59,853 nucleotides of DNA, filler included, from Sphacelaria rigidula (GCA_964200075.2; 7 parts of 7 records of this genome joined end to end with filler, not necessarily neighbours in it); one strand, 5' to 3'; numbered from the whole stretch's first letter, positions 12,627 to 25,907 are shown. The notes: generated by a model not told the origin, from the sequence alone. Program-made: numbers and translations.

Positions 12627-13010
12627 TGTGTGTTGTGAGTGTTGTCGTCCCCTCTATTCAGGGCGACGATCTACACCTTTCGGTATATGTGGGCGCACCA
12701 ACTGGGGTCACACAGGAGGAAGGTCAACACTGGAGCCTTTTCTTTTTCATTTGTTTTCAGTACCCGTTTGTTTTCAGTACCCCACCTTCCTTCTACGGTG
12801 CTTGCCTTTATTTTTAATCACGAGAGGGGTTCAGCAGTTCCTTTCCCTCGCCGTTCGTTGAGTCGAATTTTGTGTACCCACGACATAGTCGCTCTCCACT
12901 GTTGGGCATGGTGTGAGAAAAAAATCCCAGATCGCTCCGAGATTTGAACCCACGACCCAACAACCGTCAGAAGGTTTCGAGTTTACCAACCGAGCCACCG
13001 GGGCGACCGG
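12627..13010 (-). mobile_element. tRNA-derived SINE, near full length, intronic
   Basis: Minus-strand head with Pol III A box (TGGCTCGGTTGG), anticodon-like stem-loop AACC-TTCTGAC-GGTT and B box (GGTTCAAATC). The body recurs at 8105-8360 and 35780-35856. CA-rich tail. Confidence 0.85.
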
Positions 13011-13235
13011 ATCTTACAGCACTAAAAAATCGTACAAACATCACATATGTTGAGTTTTCATAGTAGCCATCCGACGTGAGCACAGACATCAACCGTGATC
13101 TTCAGTGCGTGATGGGTAGTCCTCAGTCGTTCCTCACTCCCGTCGGGACGGGGCTATGATTGTGTTGTGTACGGACCGTTTGTGATCCATCTCTCCGTAC
13201 TGTACTTAGCACGGCCTACCAGGAGGTAACCGCAG

Positions 13236-13340
13236 CCGTACAATAATTATGAGCAAATCAAAGAGCGGTACCGACGCAGGGACTCCTTCCAGTACCGTGA
13301 TCTCGGGTCCCGTGGCGGTCACTACTCATTCACCACAAGC
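13236..13340 (+). CDS. MYCBPAP: MYCBPAP-like, exon 4
   Basis: CGCAG|CCG TAC...ACA AGC|GTGAGC. 35 codons, phase 0/0. Confidence 0.5.
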
Positions 13341-13717
13341 GTGAGCTGCGCTATCTCGCTGTCTACGTCGCATTTTTCGAGATTTCCATTACCATAAACT
13401 CTGAGAACCCGCACGGGAAACTTCTACAAAATAATTTCAAACCTTCCCTGGCGATCAGAAGCGGTGGCATCAAAGCCGAAACGTTTCAGTGAATCCTGAC
13501 ACAACAATCCCAAAAAACAGTGTAGAAGAAAGAAGTACTGCACCCCAACCCGATTAACTGTAGCAGCCGTTGCTGTCTTGCACCAGTTCATCATGCTTAC
13601 CCCCCAATTTGTAATGTATGTATCCCTACTATGTATGTCTGGCCTACCTTTCTACTTATGGTGAAGGAGCATGAAATATTTCACTGTCGCAGACTTTCCC
13701 CACGAAATGTGATGCAG

Positions 13718-13855
13718 GATACCAAGCTTCTCGAGCACATAGGATTGACGGAGAAACTTACTTTGGAGCGTGAGGGAAATGCCATGCGACAATGGGAACG
13801 CCGCCAACGCGATTGGCTTCGAGTACGAGAGGACATGGCCACCAAGATAGGAAAG
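13718..13855 (+). CDS. MYCBPAP: MYCBPAP-like, exon 5 (gene continues)
   Basis: TGCAG|GAT...GGA AAG|GTGTGC. EREGNAMRQWERRQRDWLRVREDMATKIGK resembles the Trp-containing coiled segment of MYCBPAP. Confidence 0.62.
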
Positions 13856-14350
13856 GTGTGCACGCTTACTGTTTGTCCTTGTTGTACCTTTCGGACATCG
13901 ACGCTTAGGACGGGCGTGTGGGTGTTCTTTGGCTGCTGATTCATGTATGATGCATTGCCCGGCCATCTTTCATGTAAGGAGTAGCGTTCCTGCAGTGACG
14001 GGCCCTTTGACCCCTGGGAAGCCACACCTACTTTCGGGACAAGATCACCGGCTGGCGTTCAACTCCGGCAACAGCGACGCTATTGCTGAGAAACTCCTCT
14101 CTGTTTGCGAACACCCTCCTAGATGAGAACATCCCGTGTATCCCGTGCACCTCAATCCGCGACTCATGCATATTCTTGACCAAGGAGTTGGTTTTTACGT
14201 GTCCGTAGTGGTAGACCCAGCTTTGATCAGTGATTCTGGTGTCTGATGTGTGAATTCCCTGCACCGTTGAATCGGTTCAAGAGCGTCAAAATAAACAGTG
14301 CGCGAAGTATGTGAGCATGGCATACTACTAGACAACATCTTAGGAACCGC

Positions 14351-14427
14351 GGGTTCTGTACATGCTTACAAGGAGACAGATCGATTGGCTGATGCAACCT
14401 GTCTCCTTGTTACCACGTACGGAAACC
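14351..14427. ncRNA. candidate pre-miRNA-like hairpin
   Basis: 29-bp ungapped stem (25 pairs including 1 G:U, 4 symmetric mismatches), 12-bp perfect core ACAAGGAGACAG/CTGTCTCCTTGT, 19-nt loop. Confidence 0.35.
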
Positions 14428-16957
14428 AGACAGACAAACCCCTTGACTACTAAAACCCTCTGCCATTACTCAGTTCTGTGCGGAAGAATGTGCTGAAGTA
14501 GAACGATGTATAGATCACGTTGCATACATATCCGATAAGATACAGAGAGAAGCTGACATAATGGTTCAGCGGGATGGCTCTCCGGGAAGCTTCAGTGATA
14601 CACCCCTCCCACCAAGGCGCGACGGCAAGAATAGTCTGAGCACCGGGGAGCAAGATTGGCTCGGGTGGTAACATGGATTGACTGTGCAATCACACAGCAA
14701 ACGCGATGCGATTGTGGCTCAGAGCAGTCGGACGAACACACAAGTAACATTTCAGAGCAGACGCTGCACTGGGGTAGCCAGTTTGTGGTACTGGCTTGCA
14801 GGAAAATATCGGGATGCCGCGCCCAACTGCGGTCAGTTTATTTCGTCTCCTGAATAATAGAATATCCATGGAGCCCCGCTCGCCACTGGTGCTACGACGA
14901 AAGTACAGGTATATCTCTGTTTGCGAAGCAGGTCTGTCTGCTGCTGGTTGACACGTAGTGACGCTCAATAGCATAACCGCAAATCCATCCACATGATATC
15001 GTTTCTCTGAATGTAGTTTTTTCCGCAAGTGCACGATGTTATTAAACTTTGCTCTGATGTGATGCCTCCAGTGTACCTCATCGCTCGCACATTATCCGTA
15101 CCGTGAGAACATGTCACGAAGGTTGTGCATGAAGCGACAACTAGGACCGATAAAAGAGGCGCAGCTGTTTCTTTAGGGGCACTCGAACCCACGCACTCGA
15201 CGTAAAAAGCCAGCAAGGCGGGTACGTGCCACCTTCCCGACCAAAAACACTACAACCGAATATCATACACTGTGTTACCGGGCTAACAGACGAGCACTAA
15301 GCGTTCACGCAGAACGGACACTCATTCCACCGTACGTGAGTAGACATCTCTGCACTTGGTTAATGTTTTGTGGCGTGTGAACTGTATACTCGACCATATT
15401 CCAGAAGGACGAGAAAAGGTGCAACCAGGTTCCGAAAAAAATAGCCAAATATAGATTGAATTAACAAAATGCGCCCGGTCGGTTTCGAGTAGAATAAGCC
15501 AAGGACGGAGCATCAAATGACACGATCAAGCATAATCCGTGCGTTGTTATTGGCCGTGGGATATTGTTGCAGGCACCGGAAAACTTGGTCATGTCGACCG
15601 GAGACGATTTCCGCGAGAGAAGGGAGGCTTATCAGCTCATTCAAAGTGCCATTCCCGCCAACGAAAAATTCAGTAGCGACGGGTGAGCCCCGACTTGGTT
15701 GTGTACCGAAGGCAGCAGTGGACTCGCAACAAAGGGAAACCTAATAATAGGCGTGGTTAGCCATGTGTTGTCATGACTTACTTTTTGTTCAACCCTTCAG
15801 AGCCTAAATAGGGTTTTTGACTGGTCGCTAATGGACGATTGCGCATGGCGAAAAAGATAAACTACATCAGCCAAACCTCAAATATGGTGTGGTGTTCGCT
15901 CAATCAGGACTTTTCACAGACGAGTTGACACCTTCACTCAGGAGTTTGCGAGACGGCAGGCGTTGGAAAAAGAAGCAGGTCGTGCTCAGGACACAGCTCC
16001 CAGTTTTGTGTTGTCGGAGCGATACGGAGCAAAATCCCGTTTATCGAGAGGGTGTTATTGACCGCATATGACACGAAAACACGGTTTTGCGACTGTAGCG
16101 CGGTTGACGTAGAAGAAAAAGAAAATGGAAGGTGTACATTGTGCATTGTAACGATCCGAATCGGTTCGGTGGAGCGGAAATAGCAAAGAGCAAGAATCGG
16201 GGGCTGCACACTTGTAGGACCCCAAAGACCGATGAGCTCGTAGAAAAATATGTTTTCCTCAAACTTCATGTCGAATAACCATGTCTGTCGATTCCCAAAG
16301 TTTAGGATCAAACAGAAACCGTGGCGAGTCGTGGCAATCGAAAAAGCTGAAAGATCGCTTCCGGTCGACAATTCAAAGTTTAAGGTGTGACGACTATACT
16401 CACTCAAGCAAAAGAAACGTGCAGACGAGACGACCCATATATACAGAACATGCAGCACAGTACAATACAGCACGATGCAGTACAGAACGGAGTCTTACCG
16501 GCCTGTCTGCATGCGGACATGTTACCGATAGATTTTGATTCCACCACGATGTCGAGGCAGCATCGTCGTGGCTTAGGGGCATTGAGTTGAACTCACGCAA
16601 CCCCGGAACAACAGCCAGCCTATCTGCGCGACATGTACCAGCCGAATCTGTGTTTCCAGGATCACGTGCAGGACACTGTGCTTTGATTGCTAGCGACTTG
16701 TGCAAGCTAGCTGAGTATGGTGGTTAATTGCCCCGACTACGCTGCAAACCTCAACTGGTCATGACACATACTTCCTCTGCCCCACAAGTCAAGGTCGTTA
16801 TGATTACACAGGCCCTTAACGGTGTCCGACGCCGTTGGCGGTATTGTGTTTTTAATCTCGGTACTTTTTCAGTTGGAACCCGTTTTGTTTTTGCACGTAC
16901 CGCCCTGCATGCATAAACGGCCGAAAAAAAGCTGTCGGCCCCAAAAGGACGTTCGGA

Positions 16958-17031
16958 TTAGACACGCATGAGGCAGTGTAAAAGCCGTGGCTGTCTCTGG
17001 AAGTGGCGATACCACAGAATAAAGCAACTCA
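16958..17031. repeat. dispersed repeat at contig end, also at 25551-25596
   Basis: ttagacac.catgaggcagtgtaaaagcc.tggctgtctctggaag lies at the ends of two different contigs. Confidence 0.8.
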
Positions 17032-17131
17032 NNNNNNNNNNNNNNNNNNNNNNNNNNNNNNNNNNNNNNNNNNNNTTAATTAATTAANNNNNNNNNNNNN
17101 NNNNNNNNNNNNNNNNNNNNNNNNNNNNNNN
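17032..17131. other. artificial contig spacer
   Basis: N run + TTAATTAATTAA + N run. Confidence 0.98.
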
Positions 17132-17529
17132 AGTGAAGAACGGTACTCCAGAGAAACTCAGAAAAAAGGACACCTACGAATTCTGAAAGCTTCTGACGCT
17201 GACAACTATACAGTACTATATTCACGTGTGAATCCTACTTGCAGGTTAACTCGCCATCCTGTTCTTTTCCACGAGACATCAATTCAATCCTCATCTTCGG
17301 GATTTCTTCAAACCCCTTCATAATTTGTAGAGAATGATCAGCACAGCCAAGGACGACTTTGATATCGCTTGAGGTAAAAGATACACAACATTGAAAAGAG
17401 CTCATAAACCGTGTACTCATTGCTTACCCTTTCTCCCCTTTTTCTGCACGAGGTATCTCCATGAGGTCTTTCTCTTCATGTTCCTGGAGTACGTCTATCT
17501 TGTGACCAGGGCGAGATACGTCGCGAATC

Positions 17530-18000
17530 CATTGATGATTGGTTGATTGATTGGTTGGTTGGTTGATTGATCGATTTTGGTCGGTTGTCGCACGTTGAGA
17601 ATCCCCGAGGGATTCAGCCATAGTCATTATCCAGAAGATATGGACGTACTGTAGCCAATAGCAAAGGTAAACCAAACGGGAACATTCCATCAGGGGACTC
17701 GACCAAGGGAAAAGACCAGTCAAAGAAGAAAAATGAAAGGATGGAACAGACTGAGAAAACACAGCAAACACGAGAGACAAACAACACCGAAAAACAGAAC
17801 AAAAAGGAACGGGAGAGGAACGGAAAGGAGATTGCGAACCCGAAAAGTGGGCTCCGACGAAAGGAATAGAAAACGATGACAATGACGTCAACATCAACAA
17901 AATGAAAAAACGAAATGGAATACCAAGACCACACAGAGTATGTGAACGAACACAGCTAGGACCATCGCTGATGTTGCAAGTCAAGGAAGAAGTCATTAGC
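17530..18000 (-). mobile_element. LINE 3' UTR/tail fragment
   Basis: On the minus strand a pyrimidine-rich UTR ends GTGCGACAACC...(AATC/AACC)n, the same terminal motif as the LINE ending at 57135. Confidence 0.65.
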
Positions 18001-18578
18001 CGATAAGATAAGAGAGGGATATCAGTTTCTTATTACTGTGATACGATAAATTAATCAGACAATCAATAAACCACCAATCAATGGATACGTGACACGAAAT
18101 TATTCGGATCCCTCAGAACACTCAGAATAGGTAATATCTGCGCTGGAAAACTGGCAATTATAATCTGATCAAACGGTGATCCTTCATCACACGGTGATCC
18201 TTCATCATACAGTAACCTCTTTACTCCAAAGATCACCTTTTGACTGCAAACACGGCGGAATATGTCCTGCAGAAGTAATTGTATATTGCAATCACGTAAA
18301 TAATCGTTTACAACAGCGTAGATTTCGAAACTACTTTTCAGCCAAGGAAGCCGAACGATGACACACTCTTTACGAGGAGCTGCCGATGAGATATATACCG
18401 TGCGACTCGCTGAGCTCCCACTGGCTAAACTCACACGGTCTACAAGTAGCTCCAGACTACGCACGGACTGCGCCCACACGACTCTGCTCTCACGGGATCC
18501 GTTCCGAAGAGCGGCGATCAGCCACATCCTTACCACGCGATAACAAGCACACCATCACCTTCAATGATCCTCACTCAC

Positions 18579-18713
18579 CTGGACACCCTTGATAGCCAGG
18601 TCTTTGCCCGCTCCTACAACGACAGACTCAGAGTCAGGACTCCACGCCAAGGCGTACAAGCTGTGACCCGTCTGCATCAAGGTGGACCGCAGGTTTCCAC
18701 TGCGGGACCAGAT
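18579..18713 (-). CDS. IFT80: intraflagellar transport protein 80, exon 4 (gene continues)
   Basis: GTAG|ATC TGG...GTC CAG|GTGAGT. IWSRSGNLRSTLMQTGHSLYALAWSPDSESVVVGAGKDLAIKGVQ. Confidence 0.93.
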
Positions 18714-19475
18714 CTACGGCACATGGAGGGAAGACGCGATGGTTGTGGCGTTCTTCAAGGACAGAGGGAAGCGTATCAGGAGAGCACTCCCATGGCACTA
18801 CCGACCGGGGGAAACTGTTATGATACCCCTTGTATAACTTGAAAAGTCGGGCTTTTCTGACAACGTGGTCGTAAAACGTGGTGCACGGTGCGGGGGGATG
18901 AGGGACACCGACAGTATTCTTCCGAGAGTCGAAAGCCGATTACATGTTGTAATGCAGATAGAAAAGACGATGTCAATTATCGGCTCCGTTGATGGACTGC
19001 GTAAGCAATGATTTGTTACTCGCATTTCACTGGGTGTTTCGTCCGCAGCTGTTGGCCTTAGCATAGCGAGTGATGGATCCATTATGCACTGTTATCCAGC
19101 ATGTTTCTAGCGGAGCTGTCCCACCCTACGCAAGAACAAGGCCGTGCGTTTCGGAGTTTCATTGAAACAGCATCAAAGGGAGTGGAAGTCAGCACTTGCG
19201 ATCTCCACGTTATCTTGCTTCCGTTCGCAGCTTTGTTGTCACCTCCTGTTCGGCCCACTCAGCACTGAATGCTCGAGAGATGCTGGCCAAGTGTAAGTAC
19301 TACAAATGGGCCGTCTGACAAGCGATATGGATGTCTGCACTCGATACTGCATGGCTGATACGATTTTTATCAAATAGCTAACACACGATTAATACTAGGC
19401 AACCCATTTAGAGGTCCAACTCTCTGCCTGTATCAACGATGCAAAAACAACGCCACGATCGAGTGCGCTTCGCAC

Positions 19476-19565
19476 CTTGACATCTCCGTCTTCTCCGCAA
19501 GAGCAAAGAGCGCTGCCGTCTGGACTCCACCGCACACAAACCACTGCCCCCATGTGGGCTGTGAC
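19476..19565 (-). CDS. IFT80: IFT80, exon 3
   Basis: ACAG|GTC...GTC AAG|GTGCGA. VTAHMGAVVCVRWSPDGSALCSCGEDGDVK (WD40). Confidence 0.93.
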
Positions 19566-20121
19566 CTGTTCAGCAAAGTACGTGATGTTTCATCCTGCAA
19601 AGGTGAATATATCCATGATTTTTCCCGTGTTGTCAAGGTGCATATTTTGAATAATACCCATAGCGCGCGATGTAGCGCAGGTGACGTGATGCAACACCTC
19701 CCGTGCCGACTTAGACCCTGTCCTTGAGAAGCAAGATGTTGCACCCCGAAAAGTTTTGAATTGTTTCCTCCATCAGAAAAACTCGTCTAAACGAACATCT
19801 TTCGTCGACGATGTCACGATAAGTTTCGATCTGGACAAGAAAAGGTGAGCACCAACAGCTTGTAGTACGGAAGTAAAACTGTTAGTGAAACCGAATATAC
19901 GATACTTACAGGTTTCCTGGTAATCCTGATTTTATGGTCTCAAAATGTAACCGACTCTTATTTTCTTGAAGTCATAGAATTTCCAACGTTTATCGTTTGA
20001 AAACAAGTCGTGACCGGGGATGGAACACTGCGCTGTTCATAGTACAGTAGTTTGAGGAGTGTCTCGCCCTCGTGCCGATTTCCCATAGCCTGCTCTCGCT
20101 CTTGTTTCTGCCGCTACTCGC

Positions 20122-20259
20122 CTTTTTCTCTTCCCGTCCAGCCCTGGTTATCAGGCGTACTGTTCCATCGGAACATGCGGCAGCAAAAATGTCCGACGTC
20201 TGCTTGCCGGAGCTAGGAAACCAGCTCACGAATGTCACGTAGGCTTCCAGTCCAGCCAC
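20122..20259 (-). CDS. IFT80: IFT80, exon 2
   Basis: TTAG|GTG...AAA AAG|GCGAGT (GC donor). VSWFPSSGKQTSDIFAAACSDGTVRLITRAGREEKK. Confidence 0.92.
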
Positions 20260-21059
20260 CTAACGCATATGACATATTGGCGTAGGGGGAGTGATGGTTA
20301 AAGCCGGATAGACGACACTTTCGGATGACCTGGCAAATTTGTTTTTACGAGCTCAGGCAGTTCGTGCCTTTCTTTCTGCTAGAAGACGGTGCGTGAATTG
20401 ATGTGGTAGAGTTTGCGCCAGTGATGGTCAAAAACGTCTCACCTACACTGTATTTTTGTTGGCAGGATATTTAGTTTACGATGTCCAGCATCGTACGCAA
20501 TCTACAGCGATGGGTTTCCTGTGGGTAAGTTGGGAAATGACCACAACTACCTTGAGCTAATCTCAGTGATACCGCTTAACGTGGCCGTAACAAGCCAACG
20601 CAGCTGAAGGGCTCGAAGGGCTCGAGAATCGAGGATTTGCCGCAAAACTCGTCGTCGATGTGGGAGCACACATATGTCAAGTGAGTACAGAAATATGCTA
20701 TAGAAAGTTCATGTCTGGTTTTATGTACATTACACACGAGATTCCACGAGGCTGTGTTTTTAACTCAATATACGGTGGATACCACCCCTCCCCTCCCCGG
20801 TGACACATCTTTTGATCCCAAACTTTTTCGAGGGCTTACTAGGCGCTGGTATATCTGTAGTTGGCATCGTTGATAACTTCTCGTCACGATCTAGCTACAT
20901 ATAATATAGCCCTTGTTGGAAGTGAAGAGTCCTCCTTCTGAAGAATGTTCGAACATAAAATATGACCACCTGGCCCTGCAGCCTGCACGTCGCACCTGCG
21001 AGTACGGCACTGGTACGGTATCCGCACTGTATTGGCCAGGATCAATGCTACCAGCTTAC

Positions 21060-21203
21060 CTTTCCTAACGCATTTCCAGATGTATCCCAGCGATGAATCG
21101 TGTTGTCGTCCGAGATGGAGTACAGTGAGTTGTCGGGCGTCCAAGCGACAGCGGTAACCATTTCCTTGTGCACATCCACACAACATTTCACCTCCAGCTT
21201 CAT
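21060..21203 (-). CDS. IFT80: IFT80, exon 1
   Basis: ATG at 21203. MKLEVKCCVDVHKEMVTAVAWTPDNSLYSISDDNTIHRWDTSGNALGK|GTAAGC matches the IFT80 N-terminus. Confidence 0.93.
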
Positions 21204-24200
21204 GACTGTGCCAAGGAGCTGTGTTCTGATAGATGCAAGTGATTCCTTCGGACTAAAAATGCGGAACCTCGAACGTTGTTCGCTGAAGTCAAATATTGAG
21301 GCAAACCGAAACTAATGACAATGCCACACTCGACCATCCTCAGTCCGCCCTTCCCCTCGTCGGATATCCTATCAAATGACATGTACGGTAAAACTGCAGT
21401 AGACCAAAGATCCTTTTTCTCTTCTGAAATTACCATACGGACGATCACCTCCGCGGTTGACAAGATTTCCACACTGGAATATCGATTTTCTCTCAAGTAC
21501 TTGACCAATCCTATCAGTAGTGACGTTCTACTTACTCACATAATATATATATATATATATATTGACAGTGCAGGAGTCTTGTTCCTCCAGAAAGCGACTT
21601 CGAACAACTCTATCCCCCGAGGGAAGTAGGGAGGGGGTGGTATACTCCGTCAAGTACAGTAAGTCAGCGTGAAACGCCTGAGCTAAAGCTTTGTACACGG
21701 ACAGACCCCACCTCAGCCCGCGCACCTATACTTATTATTCCACGGGGAGTACCTAAAACTTGGGCTCGATTGCATAGAATAGCAACTCAGCTGCGAAGAG
21801 TAGCTATTGGCGCTCCAAAATCTGCTCCGGAGTTCGGGACTGCTGCTCCCTTGACCTTCAAGGGCTTGGTTCGCCCAGCCCTGCGGTGTTAGTATCATTT
21901 CACCAGGCATTGACGCGCACTGGGCGATAAGCTACTGTCGGGAGAACTGAGGAAGGCGCAGCTACTGGTCTTGTCTGAAGGTACGCTGATGTTCTTCAAC
22001 TGCAGGTTACTGGGTATGACGTTGAAAGCGGTCATGATGACAGCAGATGATCTTGTATTTGCCGCAAGGGCCCTTTTGGGGGTTGAACCACAATTTTGTT
22101 CGGTGCTTTCTCGGGCCCTTCGCAGATGCCCGAAGAAAGGAGTACAGTAGTGTCAGCACGATCTACTAGTATGGTATGCGCCCCATGTGCCACAAGTCTA
22201 CGTGGAATGCAGTGGAGATGCGGAGTGGTTTGTGCACCTATGTATTATACATGGCTCTAGGTAACACCACGGCCGCGTTTGATCATTGCCGAAACCTATT
22301 GCCTCACAGCATATCGGGTGATCACCGGTTTTTGATGCGTTGGCGTGCTCGACGCTGCGGCCTGATTTTGACAGGAGTTAACAAGAAGACATAGCGCAGG
22401 TATCGGCGATGATGGCTGTAGTATATTTCCACGCTGCACTCTCATGTAGAACAGTGGAAACAAGAGGTAGTGACCGCCTCGCTACGCCATCCGTAGCGAC
22501 GCTTTAGACATGGAGTTTCCCCAGCTTTGCCCCTGATTTAGTGTCACGCTCGTTACCACCCCTCACAAAGCAGCCAACGAACTCGATGGAGCATGGAATG
22601 TCAAAAATTCTACTACCCAACCATAGATCACCTCTACACGTACCTCCTCGAAAAACTCCGACTGGATTCTTCCCTCGACAGAACATAAACTGGCGATGAA
22701 TATCTTCGTAAAGCTGCCCGAAGAGATTATGCACTTACTACAGCATAGAAGCGCGACCGTCATTTTCCATCAGTGATACTAAAAGCGACCCCGCATAGCT
22801 CACGCTGTGCTGTCTCATATATTCTCACTGCACAAACAAGCAAGTTTTTTCTAGCAGCCATCGTTCAAGCCCGAGATTAACCCTTAGACCGCGAGATTAG
22901 TCTTTCTGAATCATGCATACTTTTTGTCACTTGAAATTGATGCCGATTCAACAGAAGACTAACCTCGCGGTATAAGGGTTAAGCTCCTAACCTCACGCAA
23001 TATTGAAATTGCACTGTTCATCGTTTCGTTTTTACTCTTGATTTTCCTTTCGGGATCAATGGTACACTCATCACTTGACTTGGTGAAGTGGTGAAATATG
23101 TATCGTAGCTACAAAATGCAGAGCAAGTACAGTTATCTCAGTTGGAACAACGAGTGTCCGTCGCGTCGTGCCGCGGATCTTTCAGGGCGTTTCCCGTGCG
23201 CAGAGCGGAGCAGAAGTAAAGGCACCCGCTCTGTTGCCTGCGTTTCTTGCCGCAGAATCTGAGCGTTTTAAGGCGCAATATTTCACTTCCTCAAAAGTTT
23301 GTGATTGCCATTTCTCCCCGTCTCATTGTGCAAGAGTGAGTCTGCCTGTGCTTGTACGGATATAAAAATGGGGTCATGTATGTAGGAGGGCTTACCCGCC
23401 GCTCATACCTGCGGCAGGCTGACTTCGTCTCGGAATAAATGTCACGTTGTTTGATTATTTTGTTCCTCATTCTGGAGTCCCTCCCTTGCTCGGGATGGGG
23501 CCGTGGACTTTAGAGATCAGCCCACCGCTTCCCCGGAGAAAGTTGTGAACTCCAGTACCGATAAGAAAGGTTTAATATTTATTGGTACAGTGCACTGTTC
23601 TACAGTTAGGGCACAGGTACATAAAAAAATCCACGGTGCAGGAAGTCAGCGGTGCGACAACATGTCATATAGATGCGTGTCTCCTCCCGCACGGCACGGC
23701 TGTCTGTGGTGTGTGTGTTCACGTCGGGGTATTGTCTTCCATGACACCAACAAGAAAAAGACTCGAGCGGAATTTTTTGGCCCCGAAGAAAACACGCTTG
23801 TCGCGCAGGCCTGTCATGTTCCCCACGGAACGAAATGTACATGTGCAATTCTAAAGCTGAAGATGTGCCCGTACTTTGTTCTTGTGCTAGTGGGCACGAT
23901 TCCAAGGGATTTTGTCCCCGTTCGGGGCCATATCTATTCATGATTGGTATTACTTGATTCGAGTGTGAACAACAAGATTCGAATCTTCAGTGGGGATGAC
24001 AGTCCCAGGTGCTTCCTAGTAGGCGCAGAACGCATTTTTGTCCAAATCGCCGCCATTGGCGCCGATTTGAGGTCTGCCAACGCCCACTTCGCCTAGGTCA
24101 CCGCTTGCACCCCACTTGTCCGAGGTTTCCTGGTCTGCCGCTGGGTTGGGGTCAGGGTCAGCGTTACCATTGATGTACTGTGGTACGGTTGTCCCCCTCC

Positions 24201-25326
24201 TTTCGGAATGGTGGCATTCGTTGTCGGCGAACATCACGTACGTCCATGTCAAGGCACCCCTCCTCAGTTGCCCATCGCTCGGCGCTTACGCGCACCTACT
24301 TGGTCTCGTGGTCAATATTGGGTACACTCAGCGGCCGCCGAAAATCATGGAGAGTGCGTCAGAAGGCTATCAAGGTCACACCGTGGCCGTATCAGTAATG
24401 CCGTGTGAAGTGTAGACATCGGAACGTGATGCACCGCACGCCTGGTTGGTATCAATATTGCGTTTCTTTATTTATTTGTCGTAGACGCTCCAAGGCGTCA
24501 GGTGTACAATAGTCAAAGGGTACGTGTAGCACCAACACTGCTGAGTAGTCTCCGCTACGATACTCGGGTATACGCGACAACGGTTGGGGGTGTGGAGAAA
24601 AACAGACAAGCGCATGGCAGTACCAGGGAGACCGCACAGAATAGAGAATACAGGGATACAGCATACAATACAAAGTATACATTTCATGGCAAAACAGGGC
24701 ATCTTACGGGGCTGTTGCCACTGGGCGCTCGAGAGCATGCGCATTTGGCGACGAAAAGGGCCCGTCGTGGGGTGTTGGCGGTTGGTACACTGTACAAAGA
24801 ATCATCGATTTGCCACCACGACGGACTACTGTGTGACCGCTTCTGGAATAAAGATCGTTCAACGAAGATCGGCCTCTGAGCTGTTGCATCTCAAAGCTGG
24901 CGTTGCTGGCTGTGCAGGTTTAAGTTCATGGTCCGAGTTGGGTTCAGACGACTCTTGAATACACTGTGAAAATAAGCATATTCCTGCGACCTCGATGAAT
25001 TGCTGTGCGGGTGGGTTGTGAAATCGTTTGTCAGACCTCCCATTTTGCTGCAGTAGTTCATGAGTTTATTTCTTGCAGAGCGCTCTTGTGGATTGCTGTA
25101 CACTAGCACCTTGTGGTGGCGCTGTCGAGTCCCCTCTTAGCAGGGCAGAAGCGGCGTGCGAGTGAGGAAGCTATAGATAACGGCGGGCCAGGTTTGAATG
25201 TTTGGAGAAAATCATAAACTCGGCATAAGAAAACGTTGCCTGGTTGTGGGTCGCACACTTGTTCCTGTTGATCTATTGTCGTACATTAACTAGCTCATGC
25301 CCGAGGGGGCCAGCCGTAGTGATGAA

Positions 25327-25596
25327 TTAGATTTGTACCTGAGGAAAACAAAATAGAAACGCTCGATAAAAATGAAGTGAAGGGAAATTAAAAAAAAAAT
25401 AGTATAGAACAAACAAACGGAGTGAACTCAGAAACAAAAAGGCACACAAAAGACAAGAAACAAAATCAAGAAGGAAGAGGACGGATGCATACAAAAATAT
25501 AATGAACAATGGGGTAAGCGTAGAAATGGCCGGCCCCTGCAGCATGCTGGTTAGACACCCATGAGGCAGTGTAAAAGCCATGGCTGTCTCTGGAAG
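25327..25596 (-). repeat. retroposon-like UTR repeat at contig end
   Basis: Pyrimidine-rich on the minus strand. Shares a ~46-bp block with 16958-17003. Confidence 0.55.
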
Positions 25597-25696
25597 NNNN
25601 NNNNNNNNNNNNNNNNNNNNNNNNNNNNNNNNNNNNNNNNTTAATTAATTAANNNNNNNNNNNNNNNNNNNNNNNNNNNNNNNNNNNNNNNNNNNN
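25597..25696. other. artificial contig spacer
   Basis: N run + TTAATTAATTAA + N run. Confidence 0.98.
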
Positions 25697-25907
25697 CCGC
25701 ACGCGAGGTGTTGGTACACAAGCAATGAGAGCGTGCTTATCTCCGCCTTCGCTGCCTACAGCGGCGGCAAGTTGTACATGGGGAATCTGCGACAAATCTC
25801 TACGGCCTCATCATCGACCGTTGTTTCCCACGTGAGGTAGAAAAATGGGCATGTCTCCGCCGCTTCTAGGTATAACGCCGCCTTTGCTTTACACGTCTCC
25901 TCGCCAG

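Noticed and set aside
12925-13010. Functional tRNA gene
   Set aside because: No proper cloverleaf or acceptor stem, and it is fused to a multicopy body, so it is a SINE head.
18564-18842. Plus-strand ORF ending in a PPT/LTR-like GGGGGAAACTGT
   Set aside because: Explained by IFT80 exon 4 and its acceptor tract on the minus strand.
21200-25100. Short ORFs upstream of IFT80 (21200-21910, 24016-24415, 24704-24889)
   Set aside because: I could not build a phase-consistent gene model or recognise any homology.
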